DNA from: Corallochytrium limacisporum Hawaii
Taxonomy: Eukaryota > Protista > Pluriformea
Direction: 5' to 3'
Assembly: GCA_002811645.1 (NCBI GenBank)
Contig: PDIP01000007.1
Span: 1 to 64,000, forward strand
Length of the DNA: 64,000 bases
Part shown: in pieces, positions 1-10,927 of the stretch
How the letters are laid out: each line of letters starts with the position of its first letter
Numbering within the stretch: position 1 is the first letter of the stretch
Position numbers and translations under genes: made by a program
The notes under the pieces: generated by a model
The model's database searches: none
Told to the model about the DNA's origin: nothing
The model's input: the letters and a program-made list of their open reading frames with translations, nothing else

Positions 1-1759
1 CCCCCCCCCCCCCCCCCCTCCCTCCTTTCCTCCGGTCTGTGACGCACCAATTCTTAGGTGAAGAGAGTGAGAGTGAGAGGCGACAGTTCGGCTTCCGTGT
101 TGGTGTGCATGTGTGTGTGCGTGTGTATTTTGAATAACATTTGCTTTCCGGTCTGCCCAGGTGCTAATTAGAAGTTCCTTTGAAATTCTGTTTTCATTTT
201 CCTTCTTTTTTTTTTCTTTCTTCAGTGTTTTGCAACGGTAAGGTATTACAACTGATAGACGTTTTAGAAAACATGCGAAACACAAACACTCAAGCGGGAA
301 GATCGATCGTCGAATCTCTTGTGCCATGGCGGGCCAATCACTCCTTGGATCCGCCATCTGCGACTGCAATCGTTTTCCGTTTCGGTGGAATGCATGATCA
401 ATCGCGGGTCCCGCTGGTGCCTGTATGGTACGCGCATACGCGTATTGTTTCAGTGGTGAAATTGCCGCTTCAGGACATTGATGTTGGTGGACGATGCATT
501 CTGCTGCTGTGGTCCCCGCGACCGTGGTTGCAGTGAATGAGATTTTTTTCCCGTGCTTCTGCTCCGGTATTGTTATTGTTTGATTGATCAGAAACAGCAT
601 GATATTGCAATCACTTGGCCTGCCTGTGTGTGGTGCTGACAATGCCGGCCATGGCCGGTGATGCATACTGATGCGCCATAGACTGCAATTGCGAACGACT
701 GGATAAGAAAGTATTGAATAAGGCTCAGAGCATAGAATCAGCGACTCATCCACACTTGCTCATTCATCATTCATGCAACAGCCATCCAGGCATCCACCAC
801 ACCATCCCACCCATCATTCATCGTCCATGATGCTGCCTCATGCATGCCTATGTTTGCGGCAGCAAACTATAACAGGAAAGTAAGACCTGCGTTTCGAACC
901 AATGCCGTAGTGAGCCAATAACCAGCACCACTACCATGCACCACCTTCGGCGGCAGTGATGCTCAAGTTTCTCTGCTACCGCTGCCCTGTGCTTAGCGCT
1001 ACTCGCGCTTCTGTTCGAGCTGTGTCTTGCATCATCGTCTGAGGAGGAGAGATCGAGAATGCATCGAGATTTTCTTCTCCTTTTGTGCCTGTGCGGTAGG
1101 CCACGACCCACAGAGAAAGCGAATACAAAGAAAAAGAAAAGCAAAAGCAAATTTCAGCATCTCCCCCCTCTCCTTTTTCTTTTGTCAAGGCTTGGCGTTC
1201 TAACTCCTCCTCTCCGAAAGGAAAGACAAAAAGCAATAATTACCACTGGGACGCGCGCCAGGCGGACCGGGCAGAGGGAAAACAAGTACAAAAAAAAACA
1301 AATCCCTAGGAAAAAAAAAGGAAACGTTGGTGCCACACGGACTAGCACAAGCCAAAACGGGAGACGCAAACAAAGAGCACAAGCAAATACTCATCACGCG
1401 CCGTGAGGGTGGGGAGGGGACCCAGTGGCAGGCCACAAAACGAAAATAAATGAAAAAGCGAGGGGCTGCCGAGGCGAGCGCCACGGTTTTTTCTTTCTTT
1501 CTTTTTGTTTTCCAAGTGTTGTTGCTTTGTTCACCATCGTCCGACCACGGCGGTGGTGGGGGACCCAGTAAAATGTTCCCTCCTCCCCCCCTTCCCCTTC
1601 CACCGCGAGGTTAAATTTAGATCGTTATTCTGCCTCAGGTTCTTTTCACGTTGCTGCAACCTTTTCTTCTTTCTTCTTGTTTTTTTTCTTAATTTTGCAC
1701 CTGATCGGTACAGTAAGCATGAAGCGTTAAGTCACCCCACACCAATCTCACACTCCAAG

Positions 1760-1760
<1 letters not shown>

Positions 1761-1836
<76 letters not shown>

Positions 1837-1891
1837 GGGTCACACATGCACGCACATATACACACACACAGACAGACACACACACACACAC
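1761..1891. repeat. (CA)n microsatellite, perfect 1761-1834 then degenerate
   Basis: Directly visible dinucleotide run. Confidence 0.97.
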
Positions 1892-3488
1892 TTCAATGAT
1901 TTCAAACGGGCAGCAGCACACTCCCATCACACACCTGGCCACCCACGCAGACAAAGTTAAGAGCAAGTACCTTGTATTGCCGACATTGTGCTCGCGTTTG
2001 CTCTCTGTCCAGCAGCAAGCTGGGACTGTCAGGTCACTCAGTCGCAGCCACAAGCACCAGCCACCCAAAAGAAAACAGAAAGCGAAATGTATCGGATGCA
2101 TGTGCTGTTAGTGTGGCGGTAAAAACGGGGCGAAGTATGGGGATGGATCCAGGTTTTTCGTTATGCCTTCCGGCCTGCCTATTCCCGCTGGTGACAATGT
2201 GTGTCAGCCTCGGTGTGTGTGTGGTGTGGTGGAAGAGCGGCCCCTCCGGAAGGGGGGGGGGAGTAGTGGGGGCGGTGTTGGTGGATGACTGAGCTTGTGT
2301 TGTTGGTGTGAATCCGAACACAGACAAATCGTTTTTCCCATCACCGCGCGTTGTGTGCGTGAGTGTGTGTGTGTGTGTACGAGCCTGGTATTGTTTGCTT
2401 GCAAGCTGATGGCTGCTCATGCAATAGGGTTCAGAAGTATCAAAATTTGCCCTTGTGTTTGTCCTATGAATCACATATGGACAGTGCTCCGGCAGGTACC
2501 TCAGGAAGCGCCTTGAATCAGTCCAACACTGGGTCAACAACGTGTTTTTCTTGGTACCATACGAGCTTGCAATAAAGAAATTTCAGCTGCAAGTCTACGT
2601 CGCCATCTACTGTGAGCAGACCGAAAGAAATTTCTGTCGACGGTCGGTGGCCCACGAGGGTAAAACGATCCACGTTCGGGTTAACAGAGAACTCACGAAG
2701 CAACGGCAGACTTCGGGAACTGATCTGCTTGTCAGGCAGCGGTTCTGGAGTGAAGAAAGAACGGCTTTTGCGAGTTTGAATCGGGCAAGGCAGTCCCCTC
2801 GACTGTTTGGTTTGCAAGAAGGTAGTTGACATTTCATTTTGCTCACCAATCGTTTTCTATTTTTAGGTGTTTCCCCCCGTTTTTAGGTGAGAACTTCCTG
2901 TTGGTGCTTGTCCCAGAAAAGACAACTTCTTTGGTCAGCGTTTAGTGCAGATCGGAAAAAGTCTTGGTGAGTATAGCATTTCAGTTTGGTAACCTTTTTG
3001 GAAAGACGCAGTCGCTATCTTTTCCAATTCGTTTCGAAGTTGTACACTAGTCCAAACAAGGAACATCCGCACCGGTTCAGGTCAGATTGTTTTGGAACCT
3101 TATTGCAGAAGGGAAGGAAAGAAAGATCAGTCATCGGAGGGTAACCGCGGTCAGACAAATGCACGGAAAGTTTTTGAAATTTTAGCGGTTTCGGAACCTT
3201 CTCTGACATTGGAAAGCATATTCAACTTCTGATCTTGAAACATATTTAACTAGTAGCAACAACAACAGCAACAACCAGCAAACACAAGAACTCCCAAGAG
3301 GCGGTGAGAAACATTTGAAAGGAAGAAGCAAGAGAGTGCGAAGTATTCAAGAGGACTACTCCAGAAACTTTTTTGCTCCTGTTTTTCACCACAAACAACC
3401 AGTCAGCTTTTTCTTTGTTTTCACAAAACTTTAGTCATCAAAGCGAGCATAGACACGAGAACGCAGAATACGAAAACAGACTACCACC

Positions 3489-5195
3489 ATGAATGCAAAA
3501 GGAGGTCAAGGCAGTGACGAGGTTTACCAATTTCTCGTCCACGATGCCGAACTCGAAGAATCTGTGGCGGAATCAGTAGAACAAACATTCAGCGAACAGG
3601 CAATCGATACGCTAAAGGATGTCAAGCTTCTCAGCAAGGACGACCTCAAAGATCTTGGCCTGTCGATGGGTATTCGCAACCGCATCATCAAGGCCCTGCA
3701 GGCAGTAGAGTCGCGGCCGGAGCCCGTGGCTGCTGCCGCGGCTGCCCCAGCGGCCGCTGCGCCTGCCCCCGCCGCAGCTTCCAAGCGGGGACGCGGAGCC
3801 GCTGCTGCCCGTGCTGCCGCAGCTGTCCAGAACACCAGCCCGCCCACCGGCTCTCGTGGTAAGCGTGGCGCCGCCACCCGGACCGCTGCCGCCGCACCGA
3901 CGCGAGCCGGCCGCGGACGCGCAGGGAAGAACGCTGCCCCTGCCCTGCACGCGGGCGAAGACGACGACGACGAAGAGGCTGCTACCGCCGCCGCTGCAGA
4001 GGCCGCTGCCGCTGAAGAGAGTGCGCCCGCGGCTCCGGACGCGGTGCAGACCGGCTCCAAGCGCAAGACTGCACCTTCCGGCTCCGACAGTACACCTGGG
4101 CGCTCCGGTGGCGCTAGCACTTCGGCTACCCAGCAGCCATCATCCCGAAAGCAGCGCAAACGCGAGAAGGCACCCCCTCCGGACCCCCAAGAGATGCGCC
4201 AATTGCGTGACCAGCTCGCTGTCCTGGGGAAGCGCATTAATGTCTTCAACAAGTCACACAGCATCCGACAGAAGGTCTTTGGCCTAGCCGTCCTAAACAA
4301 GGGCAGCCAAGGCCACGTCAGCATGGTGCTGAGTGGTGGTCGGGAGGTCAAGAATCGCGACACACTGGTCAAGTATCTGGAAGCTTTGCAGAACTATGAT
4401 CTGATGAGCGATGATGCCCGGCTTGGCCTGTGTCAACAGGTGGCACAGCAGCTAGACAGCCAGGAGAGTGGTACTGCGGGTGGCACAGCTGGCCGCGCCA
4501 ACGGAGGCGGTGGCAGCAGTGTGGCCGCCGATGATTCGGCCAGCAATTCGCCGCGGCAGAACAACTCGAACACTGGCGCCTCCACTCCGCGCAACAAGCG
4601 CAACACGTACTCGCTCGATGAAAAGATTGTACTCGATTCTTTCTTCTGGCACAATCAAAAGCCTAACACTGCAATGCGGCAGGACATGGTCGCCAAGTAC
4701 AATGAGTATTTTGGCGATGCAGGCAACAAGATCACCCTACAGCAACTGCAAGTTTACTACTCCAACCGGCGCCGTCGTTTGACCCAAGAAGAGGCCAAAC
4801 ATCTGCAGCAGTTTAGCCCCAATTCCACGAAGCCGGTTCCGACGCCTCATGAAATACTGCATAGTGATTTCACACAGCACGGGGCCGACATGATGCGTGG
4901 TATTGGTCGTGGGCCGCATACGCCGCAGCCGAGTAGCTTGGCTAGCCACGCGCAGAACCTGGCCCAAGGTCTAGGCTCCCGCGGTAAGAAGCACTCGTAC
5001 AATACCGCATCCGGATCAGGAGCAGCGGCACCCGGCACGCCTACCACAGGTGGACAGCAACAGCAGACGGGCTCGAGGACGTCCGCGCGCAGCGCGGGAG
5101 CAGCCGCGAACGGACTAGCGGCGCCGACAAGCGGTCGCACGACACGCAGTGGTGCTTCCCCGACGCGCGGTCGGGAGGCGGCTGCTGCACTTTGA
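3489..5195 (+). CDS. SAM + CUT-like + atypical homeodomain transcription factor (568 aa)
   Basis: Kozak accaccATG. N-terminal SAM (…LLSKDDLKDLGLSMGIRNRIIKAL). CUT-like HSIRQKVFGLAVLNKGSQGHVSMVL. Homeodomain RNKRNTYSLDEKIVLDSFF…ITLQQLQVYYSNRRRR. Ala/Gly-rich linkers. Confidence 0.85.
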   Translation: MNAKGGQGSDEVYQFLVHDAELEESVAESVEQTFSEQAIDTLKDVKLLSKDDLKDLGLSMGIRNRIIKALQAVESRPEPVAAAAAAPAAAAPAPAAASKRGRGAAAARAAAAVQNTSPPTGSRGKRGAATRTAAAAPTRAGRGRAGKNAAPALHAGEDDDDEEAATAAAAEAAAAEESAPAAPDAVQTGSKRKTAPSGSDSTPGRSGGASTSATQQPSSRKQRKREKAPPPDPQEMRQLRDQLAVLGKRINVFNKSHSIRQKVFGLAVLNKGSQGHVSMVLSGGREVKNRDTLVKYLEALQNYDLMSDDARLGLCQQVAQQLDSQESGTAGGTAGRANGGGGSSVAADDSASNSPRQNNSNTGASTPRNKRNTYSLDEKIVLDSFFWHNQKPNTAMRQDMVAKYNEYFGDAGNKITLQQLQVYYSNRRRRLTQEEAKHLQQFSPNSTKPVPTPHEILHSDFTQHGADMMRGIGRGPHTPQPSSLASHAQNLAQGLGSRGKKHSYNTASGSGAAAPGTPTTGGQQQQTGSRTSARSAGAAANGLAAPTSGRTTRSGASPTRGREAAAAL

Positions 5196-6294
5196 GATGA
5201 ATTCCGCTGCGAGAGATAGATTTCATGACGTCGATGTGAGAGCAAACGAGTGAGTGAATGAGTAAGTCAGTGAATGACTGAGAAAGAGAGACAGACAGTC
5301 GGATATGAAAGGCGGATGAAGTGAGTGACCGAGTGATGGAGGGAAGGAACGATTGTAACAGTTTCATCCCCATTCTCACTTTTCTTGTGACCTTTCTTCT
5401 CAAGCTTGCTCCCTTGTGGATCCTGGCTTTACTCCCACGAAGTCTCCAAGGCAGCACAAAGGGTAAACATGTGTGGATGTTCTGAGCGGATTACCGTTTG
5501 TGGGCCTCTCTTTGCTCTTGGCGATGAAAAGGACGACGACGGACCACCACCACCGGCGATGTCGATGACGATGCCCGTTCGATCATGGCACGTTCGAGGA
5601 TCACTATTAGGGATTGATGGATGTGAGAGTGATAAGGTAACTTAATCCATATTTTATATTTGTTCGGAGAATTTATGGTGTGCTTTCCATGACATTCTCT
5701 TGCTTATCCATATTTATGGCGTATGGAACAAAGCTTTCAGGAATAGGATCAAGCGAGCCACCGCGCTTCCCGGGACGTTGGTCACATTTTGGGTAGCGTA
5801 GGTAGTGTCGATGGAATCAGAAGGAGAAAAAGCAGGAGTTCTCTGGTAGGATTTCTCTCTTTGTTCTTCCTAGCCCGAATCTCTCCTTGATAATTAGCTG
5901 ATCAAGGAGAGGTTTTTGCTGTAATTGGGGCGATTGGTCGCATCCAACCATGGTCATGAAATTGTCATCCTTAATCGGTGTCGTTCGTCACCCAGGCCCT
6001 CGGTTTCCTCATGCACAAACCGCCTCCCCCCTTATTTTGCCGCCAGTGGGATGGAGAGGCTTTCCTGTTTACGAGATCATATTTTTCAAGCGCACATTTG
6101 CAAACCTTACTAAACACCTTCGAGTTTCATTTTCTTGTCAAGCGGGTGAACTGTGATGATCGGGATCAAAGTGTAGCATGTTGTTTGGTACGCATCCTTT
6201 CCGTAAGTCTGTATTTTCCGAGCAGAGATATCTGTAGTGAGCGAGTGTGGCGATTCGCGTGCGCGATGGAAGCAGCCGAGATTTCTGTCGTGCT

Positions 6295-7419
6295 TCAGTC
6301 TCGCTTTTTCTGACTGCCAGATGGCTTAGATGCTCCGGCCGGCTTGATGATCACAGGCTGTATGTCTTCTTCATGCGAGGTCCCCGAGCGATGCAACGTC
6401 ACACAGTGACTCGCAAACGCACACGGCACTCCCGCAAACAGCGAAAATAGCACGAACTGGGGAATGTTGCCGCCGTCTGCGACCACCAGCAGTGCGGCGC
6501 CAGCAGCAGCGCCGACCAAGTCGACCACAAAGAATAGACGATGCCCATCGGTGAGCACGTCCCGGAAGCCATCCTCGCCACCTTGAATTATCAGTCCAAG
6601 ACTGGCTGTGTGAGACGCGGCGCCAATCAATGCCACCGTGGCGTACAGTGCACGAACACCGTCCCCTCCATTGCTCTTGTGGTGCCCCTGAGTGAGGAAG
6701 ATTGACCCCAGGAAGCGCAGGATGAAGAACATGAGGATCGGGGCCGGTTGAAACAGAGCGGCACATTGCTGCCAGAGTTCACTGGCAGGTTCTAGGAAGA
6801 CCAGACCGAGCATGGGCACGAGCGTGATCGCTGTGCCGAGGACAACGGTCAGGGCAACGTTGGCGGGCGCGAGTTCGTTGCGGTTCTCCGCTTTCACACG
6901 TTGCTGGTCCGGCAGAAGTGCGAGGTATTTGCCGTACAGCGGCAAATAGATCGCTGGGAACGCGACTCCTATGCCCAGGAGCTGGCACCAAAATGCCACA
7001 AAAGCACAATGCAAGAAGTGTGGCGCCATCATCAGTGGGGCGTACACTGACGGATCCCACATTCCCTTGAAGGTTTGTGGCTTCTTGGGCACCGTTACGC
7101 AGACTCCCTGCGCCATGACATCCGCCATACGGATGAAGAGCACCACACACATCATGCCCAAAGGTAGAAACACAGCAAGAGCAGTGGGCCCCTGTACGCC
7201 CCGTTGGAAGAAGCTCACAATGAAGCACAGGAACTGGTCAAAGTACTCGATGCCGGTGTGGGCGTAAATCTCACGCTGAAAGGCCGTGCACCCTTGCGGA
7301 CTATTGGGACCTTGCTTTTCCAGCATGGGGAAGACAATGTATTGGAACAGACCAAAGATGCAGAGCCCTGTCAGGGGGCCTCCCCAAGCTACAATGGTTC
7401 GTTCTTTCGGTGCGCCCAT
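6295..7419 (-). CDS. Multi-pass membrane protein, possibly CtvD/AurD/PaxA-like (374 aa)
   Basis: Long ORF with about 8 hydrophobic segments. TGIEYFDQFLCFIVSFF, QLLGIGVAFP and LFQPAP recall fungal CtvD/AurD-type proteins; family call tentative. Confidence 0.65.
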   Translation of the reverse strand: MGAPKERTIVAWGGPLTGLCIFGLFQYIVFPMLEKQGPNSPQGCTAFQREIYAHTGIEYFDQFLCFIVSFFQRGVQGPTALAVFLPLGMMCVVLFIRMADVMAQGVCVTVPKKPQTFKGMWDPSVYAPLMMAPHFLHCAFVAFWCQLLGIGVAFPAIYLPLYGKYLALLPDQQRVKAENRNELAPANVALTVVLGTAITLVPMLGLVFLEPASELWQQCAALFQPAPILMFFILRFLGSIFLTQGHHKSNGGDGVRALYATVALIGAASHTASLGLIIQGGEDGFRDVLTDGHRLFFVVDLVGAAAGAALLVVADGGNIPQFVLFSLFAGVPCAFASHCVTLHRSGTSHEEDIQPVIIKPAGASKPSGSQKKRD

Positions 7420-7974
7420 GGTTCTTCGACTCTTTGATAGTGTCCGTACAGTTTTGAAATACTTACTCTAACGGTGATCCTGGAAAGACACTTCCTCCAA
7501 ATACCCAGGAATCCTTTCATCATCTGTGAAATGCGCTGTTCGGTCGTTCTCGAGAAGCCCGTTCGCCGACAATCTCATCAGTCCAGTTGGCAGTGCTGAA
7601 TGACTGACAGGTGCCGATCGATGGGGGGTTCGTTCGAAATGGTTCGCGCTCACTTAGCTATCTGCCCGGTGTCCTTCCCCTCTCCCTTCCCGGGGGACTA
7701 GAAGAAGGGGAAGAGTTTTGGGAGAGGTGGGCCACCGCCGCACTGCCCGCCACCGGTGTCATGAGAGAGGTGGGGGGGACCGGCGGGACGGGGGAGAATG
7801 CGGGAGGGAGAGAGGGGCCACCGCATAAAAAGGGAGGGGTTGGCCTTTCGGTCATTGTGTACAAGCGTTGCGATAGGTGGTGAGTTGTATGTCAAAGACG
7901 CTAACGCAGTTTCTTATGAGTTATATTGGATGTATGAGCAGGCTAGTGAGCGACCGCGGACACGGTTCCTTTGA

Positions 7975-9183
7975 TTACGCGCTCATGTTCTCAATGATTG
8001 TGGCCGTGGCCTGACCGTGACCAATGCACATTGTCTGCAGGCCGTACCGCTTGCCGGAACGCTCCAGTTCGTTAACCAACTTAGTCATCAAAATGGATCC
8101 GGTGGCACCAAGTGGGTGACCCAGGGCGCAGGCACCACCGTTTACATTGACTCGGTCCAAGTTGGGAATCTTCATCTGCTTAGCCCAGCCCAGGACGACA
8201 CAGGCAAATGCTTCGTTGACCTCAAACAGATCAATGTCATCCATGGTCATACCGGCCTTCTCCAAGGCCTTCTGTGTAGCAGGAATCACACCGTCTAGCA
8301 TGACCACGGGGTCGGACGCGACGACGGCACGGGAGAGGATACGTGCGCGGGGCTTCAGACCGGCAGCCTTGGCACCCTCCTCACTGGCGAGAAGGACGGC
8401 TGCCGCACCGTCACTGATCTGGCTTGCGTTACCGGCCGTGACCACACCGCCTTCCTTGAAGACGGTCTTGAGCTTGGCCAGGTTCTCCAAAGACGCGTCA
8501 GGCCGGAATCCTTCGTCCTTCTTCAGGACAGAGCCATCCGCAAGCGTCAGAGGAACGATCTGGGAATCGAAGCGACCCTCAGCCCAGGCCTTGGCAGCCT
8601 TGTGGTGGGACTCCACAGCAAATTCATCACATTCGGCCCGTGTTACTCCATACTTTTCCGCCAGCAGTTCAGCACTCACGCCCTGGTGGATCAAAGGGTA
8701 GGGGAACTCCTTGACAAACTTAGTCTTTTCCTTGCCAAAGATGTCAGTGTCAGAGCCCATCGGTACAGTGCTCATCCATTCTGTGCCGGCACCAATGGCC
8801 ATATCCATATCCCCGGCACTGATCGCCTGTGACGCGAAGTGAATCGCCTGTTGCCCACTGCCACACATACGGTTGATCTGAATGCCAGGGACCTCAATGG
8901 GCAGGCCAGCACTCAGGGCAGCGAGACGTCCGACATTGGCACCTTGCTCTTTCAGGGGGGTCACGCACCCAGCCACCACATCTTCGACCTTACCCGTGGC
9001 GTTGTCTGGCACCAGCTTGTTCAAGACCGCAGCCAGTGCGTTAACAGGGTGGATGCCACCGCCAGTCTTGGACTTGGGGCCCATGGCGGTAGTACCGTCG
9101 GGTCGACCCTTGGCTACTGCGGTACGCAGAGCGTTGACAATGTACGTGGGCCGGGAGGCCTGCGCGAGAGGTTGTGCAGACAT
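7975..9183 (-). CDS. Acetyl-CoA C-acyltransferase (thiolase), bacterial-like
   Basis: Catalytic motifs NRMCGSG, NEAF, GHPLGATG, MCIGHG. Confidence 0.95.
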   Translation of the reverse strand: MSAQPLAQASRPTYIVNALRTAVAKGRPDGTTAMGPKSKTGGGIHPVNALAAVLNKLVPDNATGKVEDVVAGCVTPLKEQGANVGRLAALSAGLPIEVPGIQINRMCGSGQQAIHFASQAISAGDMDMAIGAGTEWMSTVPMGSDTDIFGKEKTKFVKEFPYPLIHQGVSAELLAEKYGVTRAECDEFAVESHHKAAKAWAEGRFDSQIVPLTLADGSVLKKDEGFRPDASLENLAKLKTVFKEGGVVTAGNASQISDGAAAVLLASEEGAKAAGLKPRARILSRAVVASDPVVMLDGVIPATQKALEKAGMTMDDIDLFEVNEAFACVVLGWAKQMKIPNLDRVNVNGGACALGHPLGATGSILMTKLVNELERSGKRYGLQTMCIGHGQATATIIENMSA

Positions 9184-10908
9184 AGTTGTTGCGCTTTCTT
9201 CGATTCAAACTATCCTCAGACTGAGAATAGATCACCATTCATTGACTGCGGCTATTGCAGAGTTCAGAAGAGGAAGGTAGGTTGCCCCAAATACTAGGTC
9301 TGCTGTGCGTTTGTTCCGGTATGTCCCCCCAATTGCTTCCGACACCACCACCCCTTCCCGTTTGGACCCCAAGGAACCCCATGGCAAGTGATTAATGGAT
9401 GCCAAACCCCTTGGGGGTGTGAAGTGAACCCCAGGGGGGGGAGGGTGGGGGGTGGTGTGACACGGCTCTGTTCCATTGGTGGTGGGGCACCCTCCGCCCT
9501 ACCCAGCCACTCGCCCTGTTTTGTGTTAGGGTTCCCTGCCGCTAAAGATAGAATTGTGCCATTCGTGGGCAAAGGCCATGGTTTCATTATAGAGCGGACA
9601 GGAAAAAGGAAAGAATGCGTGTCATGACACAGCTGCCAGCGCATACGCACGCGAACAATAAACCCTCGCACCGCGGCACGGTGTTGGAGAGGTTTGGCAA
9701 GGGAGAAAGGGGGGGGGTTTTGCAGAATCAGAAGAATCAACAAACCCACAGAGAACTACTTTTGTGCCTCGCGCACACCCAAAGAACCCGAGTTTCCATT
9801 GCGCATACAAAAACCAACTCCCCCTTCTTTTATCTCTGATAGCTGTGAATGGAGAGTGTGTTGCGATCGGATGGGGGAGCGGGCGCACATACACACACTC
9901 ACACACACACACACTCTCTCTCTACTCTCGCTCGCTACTCTCTACTCTCTCTCTACTCTCGCTCAGTCTTTGGTGTGTGTAAGTTTGTTTCATTCTTTCT
10001 CCTGGCCGCCCCGCTGCGCACAGAAACAGGGACACGACGACGACAGACACACTTTTGGTGGGGGGGGGGACGAGGAGGAATGAAATACAGCACTGGCCTT
10101 GCGGCCCTGGCCCGTCCTCGCCACGGAGAGAGTGGGAGAGGAGGAGAGGGTGTCTCTTCTGCCCTTTGGTTCTATTTCTTTATACACATACATTTTTGGG
10201 TTGTTTCAATTTATGCTGATTCTGTGTAGTGACCTCTCGTCGCACACTTCCACAATTTCCCTTTTTCCTTCGAGCCGCAGCAGAGCAAAATAAGAAAACC
10301 TGGACTCCCCACCCCACCCCCCTTCCACAACACGCGTCCGCCCCTACCGCCTCCCCCTCTCTCCTCTGGAAAAAGCCGAAACCTCCACCGCCGGGGTGTG
10401 TGCGTGGCTGGAGCAGAGGAAGCAATGGTGTCCACCTTTTCATATCTTTTTTATATATTTTACTGGACTTTCCGAAATTGGGAAATTTGCCGTCCGTACC
10501 AGGAGAAGGCCCCTGCCCCGGGGTAGGGGAACAAAAATTTGTCCGCCGTTTGCTAGCCAAATGAACTGACTTTTTTCTTTTCTTTCCTGAGTCTTGTTTT
10601 AGTTTTTCATTTCAGTACTTGTAGTAGGCCAAAGGGGATTAAAAAAAGAAAGGGGCGAGATGGGAGGAGGGAGGGACAACAACAAATCTCTTTGCTATTT
10701 TCTTTCTTTCCCTTGGCGATGCACACCCCACAGCGGACCATCAGTAGGTCAGATCAAACAGGGGCCAATTCGTTTATTTGTCCATGGGGACACCCCCACT
10801 ACGAAAGACGCCCGTTAGTTTCGGCGGCACCTTTCGTTAGACAGATCCAATCAAAGAAAAGGGAAAATTAAAAGACTTTGGGTTACCAAACCCCCACAAC
10901 CCCCCCCC

Positions 10909-10927
10909 NNNNNNNNNNNNNNNNNNN
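10909..10927. other. Assembly gap (N run) next to a poly-C tract
   Basis: 19 Ns after a C-run. Confidence 0.99.

Noticed and set aside
3524-4372. 282-aa antisense ORF inside the homeobox gene; likewise 13231-13932, 25835-26701 and 27264-28019
   Set aside because: Shadow ORFs produced by the codon bias of the real gene on the other strand; no motifs
10465-10491. NF-kB-like sites (GGACTTTCC, GGGAAATTTGCC); also ETS-like ACTTCCGG at 17343
   Set aside because: Isolated short matches expected by chance; no supporting evidence
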